Positions 35,663 through 48,183 of a DNA stretch of 64,000 bases are shown here, one piece after another. Within the stretch, counting starts at the first letter, position 1, and each line of letters begins with the position of its first letter. A program made the translations under genes and the position numbers. The notes beneath the pieces were generated by a model. That model was given only the letters and a program-made list of their open reading frames with translations, ran no database searches and had not been told where the DNA came from. Source of the DNA: Felis catus (taxonomy: Eukaryota); contig NC_058369.1 of the NCBI RefSeq assembly GCF_018350175.1, positions 4,280,001 through 4,344,000 on the forward strand, given 5' to 3'.

Positions 35663-36373
35663 GTGAGGCCCGGGGCCGGCCAGGTGGACTTCTTGAAGGA
35701 CGTGGGCGGAGGCAGAGCCGAGGCTGGAAAGGGAGGAGAGGCGCGGGAACCGTGTACATTCACGTGTAGGCTGGACTTCCGGTTCAACTGAAAAAACAAG
35801 CACCAAAAACCTCGAACTAGTCACCGGCATGCAAAGTTGAGGGGTGTCACACAAGTGTGGATTTCTAACTTAAAACAGAGCCCGTTTTTCCACAAGGCAA
35901 AATCGGCTCTTTTCCGGGGGTGCGGGGATCACCCACCTCCCCTTAGGTATTGGGAGCCATGACAGGTTTTGGAGCAGAGGAGGATGGGATCACACCAGCA
36001 GTTCTGAAGAGCCCCTCTAGTTTGGAAGAGGCACTGAGGATGGAAAGGGATGAGACAAGCGCCCAGGGGGGAGGGAGGTCTGGAGCCCAAGTGGGAAAGG
36101 GTTCGGACCTGGTTGGAACCATTCATTCATCTTTGCTGAGCACCTATGTGCCAGGCAGGTTCGGGGCACCAGAGCCCCGAAGTGAGACCTACATAGCATA
36201 GCCCTCAAGCATACTAAGCAGTTACAAAATGGGGTGGTTGGGGTTGTGATGGAAGGGCACATAGGGTTCTGAGGGGCCCCAGATGGAAGGCTTCCTGGAG
36301 GAGGGGCCATCTAAGCTAAACAAATAGGAAAAGATGTAGGGGAAAGGGGACGTGCAAGGGAGCAATGAGGGTA

Positions 36374-36748
36374 GTGTTAGTCTGCTCTAGTTGCCATTAC
36401 AGAACACCAGAGACGGGGGGGCTTTAAACAACTGATTCCTCCCCCCTCCCCCCCCCAGTTCTGGGGGCTGGAAAGTCCAACTGATAGGTTCCGTTCCTGG
36501 TGACAGATTGTCTTCCTGGCTTGCAGATTGCTGTCTTCGCTGCGTGCTCACACGGCAGAGAGCAAGCAAGCTCTCTGGTGTCTCTTCTTACAAGGGCACT
36601 AATTCTACGAGGGCCCCACCCTCACAATCTCATCTTATTTTACTTAACGTCCCAAAGGCTCCATCTCCAAATACATCACATTGGGCATGGGTGGGTAGGG
36701 ATTCAGCCCAAGAGTTTTGAGGGGACACAAACATCCAGTCCATGCCAA
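36374..36748 (-). mobile_element. MLT1A-like MaLR LTR in the VMAC intron
   Basis: cagttctgggggctggaaagtccaa...ctcttcttacaagggcactaat...ccatctccaaatacatcacattggg...ggggacacaaacatccagtcca. Confidence 0.75.
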
Positions 36749-36885
36749 GGGGGGCCTTGAGGCAGTGGCGAGGAGCAGGGCCTTTATCCTGATGGTGATG
36801 GGGAGCCCCCCACGAGGTCGGGAGCAGGGAGAAGAATCTCTGGTCCCCTTGGTACCACAACTGCCCTGTCTTGCCTTCCTGCCAG

Positions 36886-37204
36886 TGAGATTGCCGCTCT
36901 CCAGGAGCAGCTGCTGACCTCCGAGGCCACGGTCCACAGCCTGCAGGCCGCCCTGCGCCAGAGGAATGAGCTCATCGGGCAGCTGCAGCCCCGGGCCGAG
37001 CTGCTGCAGGACATCTGCCGTTGGCGGCCACCCGTGGCCGGGCTGCTGGCCGCCCTGGCCGAAGCCGAGCGCCTAGGGCCCTTGCCAACTGGAGACCCCA
37101 GCCACCCACCCCCCAGTGGGCCCGGTCCAGGCCTTGCCAACAGCACTGGGGACGAGGAAGACAGGAACCACCTGCAGCCTGCGGTGTTCGGGACCACCGT
37201 GTGA
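36886..37204 (+). CDS. VMAC: VMAC exon 2
   Basis: Acceptor ccttcctgccag|; [20 protein letters not shown]...[11 protein letters not shown] ending in a class I PDZ-binding motif. Confidence 0.93.
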
Positions 37205-37423
37205 GCCCTAGAGCACAGATCCCACAACGGAGACGGACTTCCACTGCTGTGGGTGTCCTCAGGGGTCACCTGTGTCCGAGAGGGGGCCCCGTGGCACAGC
37301 CATAATCCTTTCCAAGCATCAAAACCTGCTAAAAAGTCGTAGGTTTCAAGCAGGCAGCCTGTGGGCCAAAGGCAGACGTGTAGCCCAGAGAGTTTTTTGG
37401 TTTTGTTCTGCTCTTGTCGTTTC

Positions 37424-37518
37424 TTAAAGATTTTAAATAATCTCTTTGTGGGGCTTGAACTTCCAACTCCGAGATCAAGAGGCCCATGCTCTACCCACTG
37501 AGCCAGTCAAGTGTCCCT
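37424..37518 (-). mobile_element. Short old CAN-SINE in the VMAC 3' region
   Basis: ggggcttgaacttccaactccgagatcaagag...actgagccagtcaagtgtccc. Confidence 0.75.
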
Positions 37519-38817
37519 TGTTTTTGTTTTTAAACAGAACTTTAAGTCAGTCGACTTACTGAAAATTTGGCAATGTTTACACAAAAATCTGGATTTCTGG
37601 CTTCAGTCTTGGTCACGCCTGCTTGGATCTGAGCCCGGGATACCCTCTTCAGCCAAAGTGTGAGGTCCAGTTGGCTCTCTTGCCTCTCTTAGGGCCAGAT
37701 GTCTGGCCCCTGAAGCATCTGACATCTGTCGCTTGTGGAGGCAGATGGCATCGAGTTTTGCTCCACCTTTTCCCCCTGCCCTGATTCCCGTTCCTTCCGA
37801 AGCACCTCTCGTCCCAGGCTAAAGCTTTTTCTTTCTTATCCTTCATCCCACTCCAGAATTGGGGACCTCAAGACTTGTGCCGTCTTGCCCTGGTTGTAGG
37901 AAGACAGATTTTTAATGCTAGATTTTTCTCTCCCCCTAACTCTGTCCTTCTGTCAACCTTTAGCCCAGAAGGCAGAGCGTGCGTGTGAGACATTGTGAGA
38001 TGTTGGCAGCTAGGCTGTGCTGCCCTGGAAAACTCAGGCATCCTTCAACCTTTTCTTGGTACAGTCCTTCCTGAGGGACTTTCCACTGGCTCTTCCCTCT
38101 GCCTAGAACATTCTTCCCCCAGATGTCACAAGGACCAGTTCCTTGTCCCTCAGATCTTTGCTCAGAAGTCACCTCCTCGGAGGGGTCTTCCCTGATTGCC
38201 TTATCCGAAGTGATTCCCATCATTCTGTTATCTCTATGGAACTTCTTGTCACCAGAGTGTCAGCTACTCGAGGGCAGGGTTTCTGTTATCACCAGGAGGA
38301 GGTTCCTGGGACCTCCGTAGGAACAGGATGGGTTTGTGGGCCCTGAAGGGAGTTAGCGAACCCCAGCACATCTGATGAGCCCCCTGGCCAGTTTAGCTTT
38401 TGTAGCAAGCAGCTGGCCCCTTTTTATATTTTCTAGAGAATCTTTTTTTTTTTTTTTAATCTCATTTCCCTGCTGGCCAGAGACATTCCGGGTGCCTGTT
38501 TTTGTTTTTAAATGAAACCAGGGAATCCTGTGCCTTTTCTCTGCCCAGCCGAATGAAGCGCCCAGCCCGGTACCACGGTAGCCATTTGCCCGCCTCCTTA
38601 CTCAGGGAATTTCACACCAAGAACTGCCAAGGGGCAGGGCCTGTTTTGGCCTGGAAAGGTCGGTGTCCCTCCCCAGCCCCCAGGATGGTGCTGCCTGCCC
38701 GCCTGGTGTCTAACAGTGACCCCTCAGTGTAGGAACAATGGCCCCATTTTCTAAGGATGACTAAGGGGGGGCTGCTCGTATGAGGGAAAGGCAGGCCGAG
38801 GCCTGTCTGAGCTCAAG

Positions 38818-38823
38818 AATAAA
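38818..38823 (+). terminator. Candidate AATAAA poly(A) signal of VMAC
   Basis: First canonical hexamer I found downstream of the VMAC stop; T-rich sequence follows. Confidence 0.55.
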
Positions 38824-40487
38824 CTGAATGATTTCTTGGCCTTGGTCCTTCCTCCTTCCTCCTTCCCGGGTGGGGACTGGAGGGGTGGCCCGGGTGCCGT
38901 TCCGGGGTCAGGGTGGGGTCCTGCCTGGCAGGGAGACACAGGTTACAGCCACGGGGGGCTGGTGTCTAATCTTTGCGGCACAGGCTCGCCCCATTTTACA
39001 GATGTGGAAAGTGAGGCTCAGTGTGGGCCTCGGGGTCGGGAGGACCTGGAACACTTCCACGTTCTGGGGGGTTATTGTTGAGATTCTGATTCTCTTCAAG
39101 ATGAGGCGGTGCCAAAACAGAGTTACAATGGCTGTGGTTAATATTTGACATTTTTCTATGGGAAAAAAATGTGATTTTTGTAACCCGCGTGGAAAACACA
39201 ATGCAGCAGTTCTCTGCCTACTCGAACAATTACGGACTGCAGGAGGGCACCAGAATTTTTGCTGTAGTTTCACATACAATTGACAGTGTTACATCAGCTG
39301 TGGCCCGAACCACGGTGCTGGGCCGCGTGCTCTCTGTGGATTGGTTTCTGATACCACCGTTGTTCTGTGTCTGAGTCCAAGCTTCGAAAAGCCTCTGATG
39401 ACCTCTCTGGGTGTCTGCAGCTGATGGGTCCCCAAACGGGGCCCACGTTTTAGGTCCTGGGAAATCCAAAGTCATTTTCAGTCCCATCTGTGGGTTTGAA
39501 ATGCTCTCAGTTGGCAAAGGTGTCCAAAGTCTCCATCGAAGGCCTTCCGCGACGGTGGCCTTGGTTCTTCTCGGGCATCGGGGGGGCAGAGGCACTTTGT
39601 CGCTTGATGCCGTAGTCCCCTGGCTCCCCCAGCTTATTATGAGCAAGACCACTGGGTGATGTTTGAGCACTGAAAACCGACCACCAAAAGACCCACATCG
39701 ACAAAAACACCACAACTGGCCTCTAAAAAACTACCAGGAACTTCTCTGACAATGTTGAAACATCGTAAGGCTGCTGTATCCTGGCTCAGGCACATTGATC
39801 TGAAAACCTGGACGTGGGCCTGGGCCACCTCAAACCCCTTTGAACCTGATCCCTCAGCAGCCTTGGCTGCTGCTGCCCTGTGAAAAGGGGCAGGGGGCCT
39901 GTTCCAGGTCACAGAGGAATTGGGTCTTGAGCCTCCTCGGCCATGACCTTGCCCCTCTCCATTCAGGACCCTGGTCCTTGTAGGGCTGTGGCCCACCCCT
40001 CCTTCTTATAGCCAGGAATAGTGACCTTCCTCTTACAGCCAGGAAGGGTGACCCCCGACTCCCCACCTGGGTCTGGCTTTATCCCAGACCTGGGCACTGC
40101 AAGGCTGGGAGTGAGCAGAACAGAGGCTGGGCAGTGGTGCCCGCGAGAGTACTGCCCTGTCCCTCTTGGCCCGGCCACTCCGCTCCACAGGGTGTGCCTA
40201 GGGCTACGGGGCACCGGCACAGTGAGAGTTACAGCCGGGGCCCCTCCCAGTCTCCTGAGCCACCATCCCTTAGCAACAGTCCTGCTGGGCAGGACGCGTT
40301 GCCAGCGCTGGGCAAAGTGGGCAGGAGCCAGAGGAGTGGCTGTCTGGCTTCCAGAACAGACGCGGGGCAGGTGAGCAGGTAGTGGGCCAGGGCAGGCTTG
40401 CGGCACCTGACCACAGCCTGGCCGGCAGAGTGGGAGCCCTTCCTCCAGCTCTCTCCAATCCAGCTACCCAGACAGCCCTGACCCAGC

Positions 40488-40570
40488 ATGGATGCTGTGG
40501 ACGCCACTGTGGAGAAGCTCCGGGCACAGTGTCTGTCCCGAGGGGCCTTGGGCATCCAGGGCCTGGCTAG
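40488..40570 (+). CDS. CAPS: Calcyphosine first coding exon; join(40488..40570,40644..40821,40939..41145,41219..41320), 189 aa
   Basis: [28 protein letters not shown]; upstream non-coding exon donor GCAG|GTGAGC at 40371. Confidence 0.95.
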
Positions 40571-40623
40571 GTGAGCTGTCCCCTGAACCTTCTCGACCCC
40601 CAGCTCCAGAGACTACCTTCTAA

Positions 40624-41320
<697 letters not shown>

Positions 41321-41894
41321 GCAGTACACGCTTACCCAGCCAGCACCATCGTAGTGTAGGACCCCCACCCTGGCCCCCGAGCCCTGGCCCCTCTCACCTG
41401 GGCTTCTAGCTGCACAGCGCCCAGGGTGGGGGGGCTACAGAGGAACGTGGAAGATTGAGGCTGTGGGACCGGCCGGACCGGGTCTCAGAGGACCCAGCTT
41501 GGCCATCAGGTGGAAGGAGGACAAAGGTTCCAAGGATGGGTCACTGGCTCAGAATCCCTGTCCCTGCTGTGCTGACCTCAGGCCTCACAAAGCCACTGCA
41601 GATGCCCCCCACCCTGCTTCCTCCCGTCTCTGCTCAGTGAATCCTCCGCCCTGCCAGCAACGCCCTGCCCCTACGCGTGCCCCCACACCCCGCCCCCACC
41701 CAGGGAAGCCAGACGGCCGGGGACAAAGCAAAGCTCAGCACGGAGGCGGCCAGTCTTGGAAGGGAGCCAAGTGTGGTGACCTGCCCGGACGTGCAGTGGG
41801 GCGCAGGGGCCAGGCTGGCCCGGGAGCCGGAGGCTGTTCTTGGCCAGGCTGTCTGGCTTCCTGAGGCCCCTGGGGCATGCAGGAGGTCAGGGTT

Positions 41895-41960
41895 TTAGTT
41901 AAAAGTTTTAATGTAGTTCCCAAATACATTTCATATGACAATCTTACATAAATGTTCCAA
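41895..41960. terminator. AT-rich two-way poly(A) zone: ATTAAA (-) 41907-41912 for RANBP3; AATACA 41923-41928 and CATAAA 41947-41952 (+) for CAPS
   Basis: First AT-rich patch downstream of the CAPS stop, in otherwise GC-rich DNA. Confidence 0.65.
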
Positions 41961-43227
41961 AACACATGGGCATTATCTGGTTTTACTTGTCACTAGTTGG
42001 CTAAGGCTTAAAGCAGAGAAGTGTGACCGGATCTGCTGGGAGGGCCTTTGGTGTCTTCCCATGGCTCAGGCTCAGGCTGCACACGACCGACCCGAGGTGT
42101 GGGTGGTGTAGCTGCACAGATGAGGCCTTCTCACCCTCTGAGGGCAGGGCTGGGCAGTTTCCTCTGAAATCCCTTGGAGCCCTGTGCACAGGACCATCTT
42201 CACAGGCCTTCCCAGGTGCATGATGCCCGGCTGGCTCTTGGCCACGCTCCAGGGTGGGGGGTGGGCATAGCGCCTGCTCCCGTGGGGGATGGCCGGTTGC
42301 CGGGAACCAGTCCCCTGCCCCCTCCTCGAAGGCCCTGCCAAGGTCCCCCTCTGCCTCTCACAGAGGACCCCAGCCCTGGATGGTCTTGGGGGCGGTGAGG
42401 TCCAGGGCTGGGCAAGGAATGGCCAGCGGCAGGAAGCAGTTCTGCGCCTGGGTGCCAGATGATGGGTGACCGACGTGATGGGGACAGGCAGGAAGGTGCA
42501 TGGGGACCCTCCCAGGGTCCAGCGACCCTTTTCTAGGTAAGCTCTCTCCAGGTCTGGGGCCCAACCCCTCAACACGTCAGCACTGGGCCTGAAGCACCCC
42601 TGGGTAGGGAACAAGCAGGGGCCTGACCCCCACCCCAGCACAGAGGCCAGGAGCACAGGGAGGAGGAGGATGTGGCCCAGGATGGAGCTGTGCCCAATCG
42701 ATGCACAGGAGAGTCTTAACCTAAGAAACCAAACACAAAGCTTCGGGGAAAAAAAGATCTAAAAATATAAGCCCCAAATCAGAAGGTGGGAGACCGGAGA
42801 CAAAGATGGTGGTTAACAAAGCGTCCAGCAGGCCCAGTGTTTATACTCGTGTGGACAGACCCGCCTGGGTGGGCGGCGGCGACAGAGGCCGGGGACACGA
42901 GGAGGGAGGGGTGAAGAAACAAGGTGTCCCAGTCCCAGTGAGAAGCCGTGACAAGTCTTAATGTGCCATTTCGATTCAAAGGAGGGGAGGGAAGAAATGT
43001 TCTTTTTCGTTTTGCTCATCAATATGATGAGGTCTCGTGTCCCAAACCACATTCAGGCAGTTCCCGAGTCTGCTTCTGAACGGGACATGCGGATCCGAAC
43101 TGTGGCCAACCCAGCGGGGAGTGTGGTTCCCGAGCCCCACGCCTCAACACTGCCGGCGGGGCGGGGCGGGGCGGGCGGGCGGACAGACGGACAAAGCAGC
43201 AGGCTCGCGGGCAGCCGGCTCCCGGCG

Positions 43228-43271
43228 CTATGTGCTCCCGGCCGTCTGCCCGTCCCCTTCATCGCCAGCAC
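43228..43271 (-). CDS. RANBP3: RANBP3 last coding exon
   Basis: GAGDEGDGQTAGST*; acceptor cccaacag|. Confidence 0.9.
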
Positions 43272-43377
43272 CTGTTGGGAAGCAGCGGCCTCACCGTCAG
43301 GTCCCCACCCTGGATGGAGCCCCATTCCCTTCGGTCAGGCCCCCCCGCAACCTCCAGGGCGGGGACCACCAGCTCAC

Positions 43378-43558
43378 CGCCTCCGGTGGCCCCTGATGGA
43401 GCCAGGACGTCCTCGTCACTGTCGTCCTCGTTGGATGGGGCTGCCCCGGGTTCGGGGGCAGGCATCTTGGCTTCCTGCTCCTGCTCCACGCGGCTGCGCA
43501 GGGCCAGGATGCGGTGGTGCAGGGCCGCATACAGCTGGCCCGTGTCCTTGGAACTGGC
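43378..43558 (-). CDS. RANBP3: RANBP3 exon (end of RanBD and acidic tail)
   Basis: ASSKDTGQLYAALHHRILALRSRVEQEQEAKMPAPEPGAAPSNEDDSDEDVLAPSGATGG. Confidence 0.95.
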
Positions 43559-44020
43559 CTGGGAGAGGCGGAGGGAAGCGGCGGGTTGTAAGGCCTCTGG
43601 GTTGGGCTGGCTGCCACCACATCCCCAGGCTGTGTCCGGGGAGGACAAACTCAGGGACAGCGGACGGAAGCCCCTGCTGCCCCGGGGCCCGTCCTCCCCA
43701 GGGGCTCGCACAGCTTGCGGCTGCACTGCGCTGGTGCTCGTGCTGCGGGGCTGCTCTGGTCCTTCTTCCACCCATCTGTCCCGACCCGCTCCTTCTGGAC
43801 ACTGGCTGGCCTGCAGGCCACCCTACCGGCCCCCTGGACCACAGGGCGCCCCACAGAGGGGCGGCGCTTAGTGCGGCCCTGCGGTGCGCCGACTGGGTGT
43901 GCCCGGGAACCTCCCTTCTGTGGGGGTGCAGGAGGGCACGGCCTTCGTCCAGGGCGCCGTCTGGCAGCTCCTTTCCCCAAGAGGGCAGCAGCATCCCACC
44001 CCGTCCCCAGGGCTACTCAC

Positions 44021-44163
44021 TGAGATCAGGAAAACCTTCACGCCCTGGTCCTCGGTGTCCATGGCTGTGATGCGTATGCTCTTTTCACTGGCCTTGTCAA
44101 TCTGCATCTGGGCCCACAGCTTGGTGTTGAGGATCAGCCGCAAGCTGCCCTGGGTCCGCATCA
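44021..44163 (-). CDS. RANBP3: RANBP3 exon (RanBD)
   Basis: VMRTQGSLRLILNTKLWAQMQIDKASEKSIRITAMDTEDQGVKVFLIS. Confidence 0.96.
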
Positions 44164-45293
44164 CTGCAACCAGCAAGGCCACTCAGCCCCGGCCCCTGAC
44201 CCCCACCCCACAGCCGGCGAGGAGAGCAGACACAACCCGGAACGAAAACATCACAGGGGTGAAATCCCACAATCCCCTCGAGGTCCGCTGAGCCGCAGCC
44301 CCCCATGCGCCAGGCCAGCCCTGGACTCCCTAGCTCCCCCACGGCCACGGGTGGGCCAAGAGGCCACCATATCCACTGCGTGGAGGGTTCCGTCGGTCCC
44401 CTGGTTCCAGCAGGCACCAGGACGATGGCTCCCTTGGGGAAGGGGAGGATTAGGGGGAGGTGAGGCCCAATAGGGACAACTGCGGGCTGGGCACGGGCGC
44501 TTTTTCAGGGGACCCCTGACCGGCCCGATTCTCAGGGCAGCCCCAGCCCTGACCCTGTGGCTTTCTGAGAAAAAAGACCGAGGCCAACTGCTGCTCAGAG
44601 CTTCCACCAGGAGGGAGACAGAGACAGAAGGTGACACATGGTGAAGAAAAAAGAGGCTACAGACCTTCCTTCTCTGGAAGAACCACCCCATTCGACCTGC
44701 AGCAGGCCCAAGGCCACTGTCCGCCTGCCGGCTCTACCAGAGCCCACCCTCCCCGCATGTGCCCTGACCCTGCGGACATGGCGACGGCTTGTCTTCCTGT
44801 CAGCCCACCCCTCCCCACCAGACGGAGCAGCTCGGGCCAGCGCAGGGAGGCTGCAGGGTGGGGTCCTGGGCTCCTACTGACCAGACTCCCCCGAGTCCAC
44901 TCCCCGAGCCCTCTGCGCCCAATGGGCCCACCTCCGAGGCAGGTGGAGCGCTTGGGACGGGCTGGGGGAAGGAAGGTCTGTGATGAGGATCAACAGCCGT
45001 ACGGGGTGACTGAAGTTACCGTTTGATTTCCTTTTCCTTTTTGCACCATGAAGCAACCGGCCCTTTTACTATTAGAAAACAAGTTCGAAAGTTGCTAAGT
45101 ACTCTTGTCTACTTTCACACCCACAAAGAGGAGAGTCGCGGAAGAGCTGGCTGCGAGAGCCTTGGGATCAGGCCTGGGCCTGCAGGCCACGGGGTGTGGG
45201 TGCCAGGGGCTCTCCCGTGGGGATCCGCCCTGGGATCTTGCCCTTCTGGGCGTGGGGACCACTGCACCACCCCAGGCCCCCTCCACGGCTCAC

Positions 45294-45414
45294 CTAGTCG
45301 GGACTGTAGTGTCCCATCGTCAGTTGACGCCATGTCGTTGAGTCTGAGCAGCCCCCGGCCTCTTTCCACCCACGACTGTGAGGCCTTGTCAAAGACAAAC
45401 AGCTTACACTGGAT
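45294..45414 (-). CDS. RANBP3: RANBP3 exon (RanBD)
   Basis: IQCKLFVFDKASQSWVERGRGLLRLNDMASTDDGTLQSRL. Confidence 0.96.
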
Positions 45415-45654
45415 CTGGAACACAGGGCAGCCCTCTGGGTGAGCAGGGCCCCGGCGGGGGTGGACACCGGTGTGGACAAACTCCCCAGAGCCTCCAATCT
45501 ACCGAGTGAACTAGCAGGCAGAGGTCAGCAAACTATGGCCCGGGGGCGGGGGAGCGGGTCACGTAGCCCTTGGCCAGTTTTTCTTTTTTTTCCTGTTCTC
45601 CAGCGAAGATGAAGTCTACATTTTCAGAGAAACATTAAAAAAATCACTAAGGTC

Positions 45655-45847
45655 GGGGCACCTGGGTGGCTCAGTCGGTTAAGCGTCCGACTCTTGATTC
45701 TGTCAGCTCAGGATGTCACGGTTTGTGAGATGGGAGCCCCACGTTGGGTTCTGTGCCGACAGCGTGGAACCCGCCTGGGATTCTCTCTCTGCCCCTTCCC
45801 CTGCTCATGCTCTTTCTCTCAGTGAAAAAAAAAAAAAAAAAAAAAAA
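45655..45847 (+). mobile_element. CAN-SINE with TSD aaaaaaatcactaagg, followed by an L1M 3' fragment to about 46520
   Basis: SINE head, A tail and direct repeat; L1 end ttgcacaactatgtgaatatactaaaatcactgaattgta...aataaa. Confidence 0.85.
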
Positions 45848-46676
45848 TCACTAAGGAAATAAAGATAAAAACCACAATGGGGTACCCACTTCGCCCCTGC
45901 TAGGAGGGTGGCAGCAGGCACTGGGGAGGGTGTGGAGAAACCGGAAGCCTTGCACGCGGCTGGTGGGATGAAAAATGGCATGGCCGCCGCAGAAAACGGT
46001 TCTTCAAAATGTCAAAGGCGGAGCTACCGCATGGCCCAGGGTTTTAGAGAAATGACACGTATCTTCACACGTGAGCCTGTCTGTATACACGTTCACGGTA
46101 GCACGGTTCGTAACAGCTAAAAAGCAGAAACAACCTCAACGTCCACCAGGCACGGGCACGTCCCTCGGCCACGAGCAGGAGCGAGGCGCCCACACCTACC
46201 GCCCCGGGGACGGAGCCTGAACACGCGACGCTCAGGGAGGGAACCAGACACGAGAGGCCACACGGGGTGTGAGTCCACGTGTGTGAAACGTCCAGAACAG
46301 GCCCATCCACGGACGGGAAGGGGGCTCGTGGGGGCCGGGGCTGGGGAGGGGATGGGAGGGCTGACTGGTAACCGATATGAAGTTTCTTTTTTGGGGGCAA
46401 AAATGTTCTATTTTGATAGTGGTGGCAGTTGCACAACTATGTGAATATACTAAAATCACTGAATTGTATGCTTCAAAAGGGTGAATTTCATAGTATATGT
46501 GTTCTATCTCAATAAAGCTGCTATAGATGTATAAAAACGGAATATACCACAGAGACCATGCCTGGCCCTCCACATGAAGTGTGCAGATCTTTATCAAGTT
46601 GCTCTCTTTATACGGGTAGAACTTCAAAACAATGCTGAGTGGGCAGAAACAGCAGTAGTTCTAAAAGCCTTACACC

Positions 46677-46898
46677 GGCGCCCGGGTGGCTCAGTCGGTT
46701 AAGCACCCGACTTCAGCTCAGGTCATGACCTTGCAGTTTGTGAGTTCGAGCCCCGCATCGGGCTCTGTGTTGCCGGCTGAGAGCCTGGAGCCTGCTTCAG
46801 AGTCTGTGTCTCCCTGTCTCTCTTTGCCTCTCCGCTGCTCGCACCCTCTCTCAAAAATAATTAAAAAATTAAAAAAAACACAAAACATTAAAAAAAAT
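46677..46898 (+). mobile_element. CAN-SINE
   Basis: ggcgcccgggtggctcagtcggttaagcacccgacttcagctcaggtc... with an A-rich tail. Confidence 0.9.
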
Positions 46899-47419
46899 TC
46901 TAAAACCCCACATTAAAAACTCTGATGCCCTACAGACGCAGTTCATAGACACACGCACATATGTGTGTGCAAGAACGAAAGGCATGAGGCCCACTAAAGT
47001 GGCCATGTTGCCTTGGGACGCAGAGGAAGACGGGCACAGGGGAGAGGTGGGGACAGAGGCTGGGTTGCATCTGTGGTCTCCGTTCCCTAGTAAGACAACA
47101 TGGGGCGCCAGTGTGACAAAATGTTCCCAGCTGTTCATTCCGGGTGTTTGTTACAACAGTCTCTGTAATGCCCCGAATCATTGAGAATGTCTCAAAACCG
47201 ATCCTTCTACTCAAAACCAAAGCAAGACTACAAGTCCCTTAGCACTCGCTAAGCTCTCAGAAGCTCTGCCAACAAGGTCCTAAAGGGTAGGGCACCGGTC
47301 CCTCTGTCCAGCCTGTCAGATGCACCGAGAAGCGGGGGGCTACTGACAGCCCCTCACGCCACCACCTAAGGGCCAGGAGGCCCAGAGGAGCCAGACACCC
47401 CCCACCAGGCCCGCCGCAC

Positions 47420-47529
47420 CTGTAACACGTTGCTCTCCGCTTCCTCCCCGGTGATGACTTCCACTTTTTCCAGCAAACACTTCCGGGCTGTTGCCTTGGT
47501 GTAGGCGGCTGCCGACTCGGCCAGGGACT
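47420..47529 (-). CDS. RANBP3: RANBP3 exon (start of RanBD); an alternative acceptor at 47544 adds 5 aa
   Basis: ESLAESAAAYTKATARKCLLEKVEVITGEEAESNVLQ. Confidence 0.95.
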
Positions 47530-48080
47530 CTGAAATGTTATTGGCTAAACGACATTGACTATTTATTTGCTGGGGGGGGGGGGGGGGTGTGCGTGCGTAC
47601 CTCACAGGAGACAAAACAAAACAAGAGGTCCCGGCTCCAGACCCGGAGCGGACCTCTGAGACAGGGCGGTCTGGCCCTGGGAGCCTGCAGGGCGACCACC
47701 TAGGAGCCAGCTGCCAGCACGGCTGCCGGTTCCCCAGCACAGGGCAGGACGGTGAGGCTCTTCCCACACAGCACTGGAGACTCCCTCTGCCCCCCACCCC
47801 AGGGCAAGGAGAAAGAAGGGGGCAACCACCTCTACGACCCTCTCCCCCAGAGGCACCACGCACGGCCATAACCTTGTGGTTTCAGGACGACCGTGTCCCC
47901 TCTCTGCTCGCTGAAAACCAGCACCACGCCGTGCTTTAGACTCTGTCCCAGCGGTCAGTTCATGTGAGGCTACCGCCGCTGCAGAGAGCTGGGGCCCCCG
48001 TCCCTCCCGGGCAGGGGCTTGGATGGATGGTGCCCTGTCCCTCGGTACCCTTCCCACGAGGCCGCAGGGCTGCAGCCTAC

Positions 48081-48183
48081 CTTTCTCGGGGGTGGCCTCC
48101 TGGGACGAGGACTCGGACCCGGATTCAGCAGCCGCGTTTTCTCTGTTGGCATCTGAACTGACTTCATTTAACTTGGGGGGGCT
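48081..48183 (-). CDS. RANBP3: RANBP3 exon
   Basis: SPPKLNEVSSDANRENAAAESGSESSSQEATPEK. Confidence 0.95.

Noticed and set aside
39040..39780. AT-richer segment between VMAC and CAPS with a 161-aa minus-strand ORF
   Set aside because: No splice-supported structure or recognisable product; probably a decayed repeat, needs RepeatMasker
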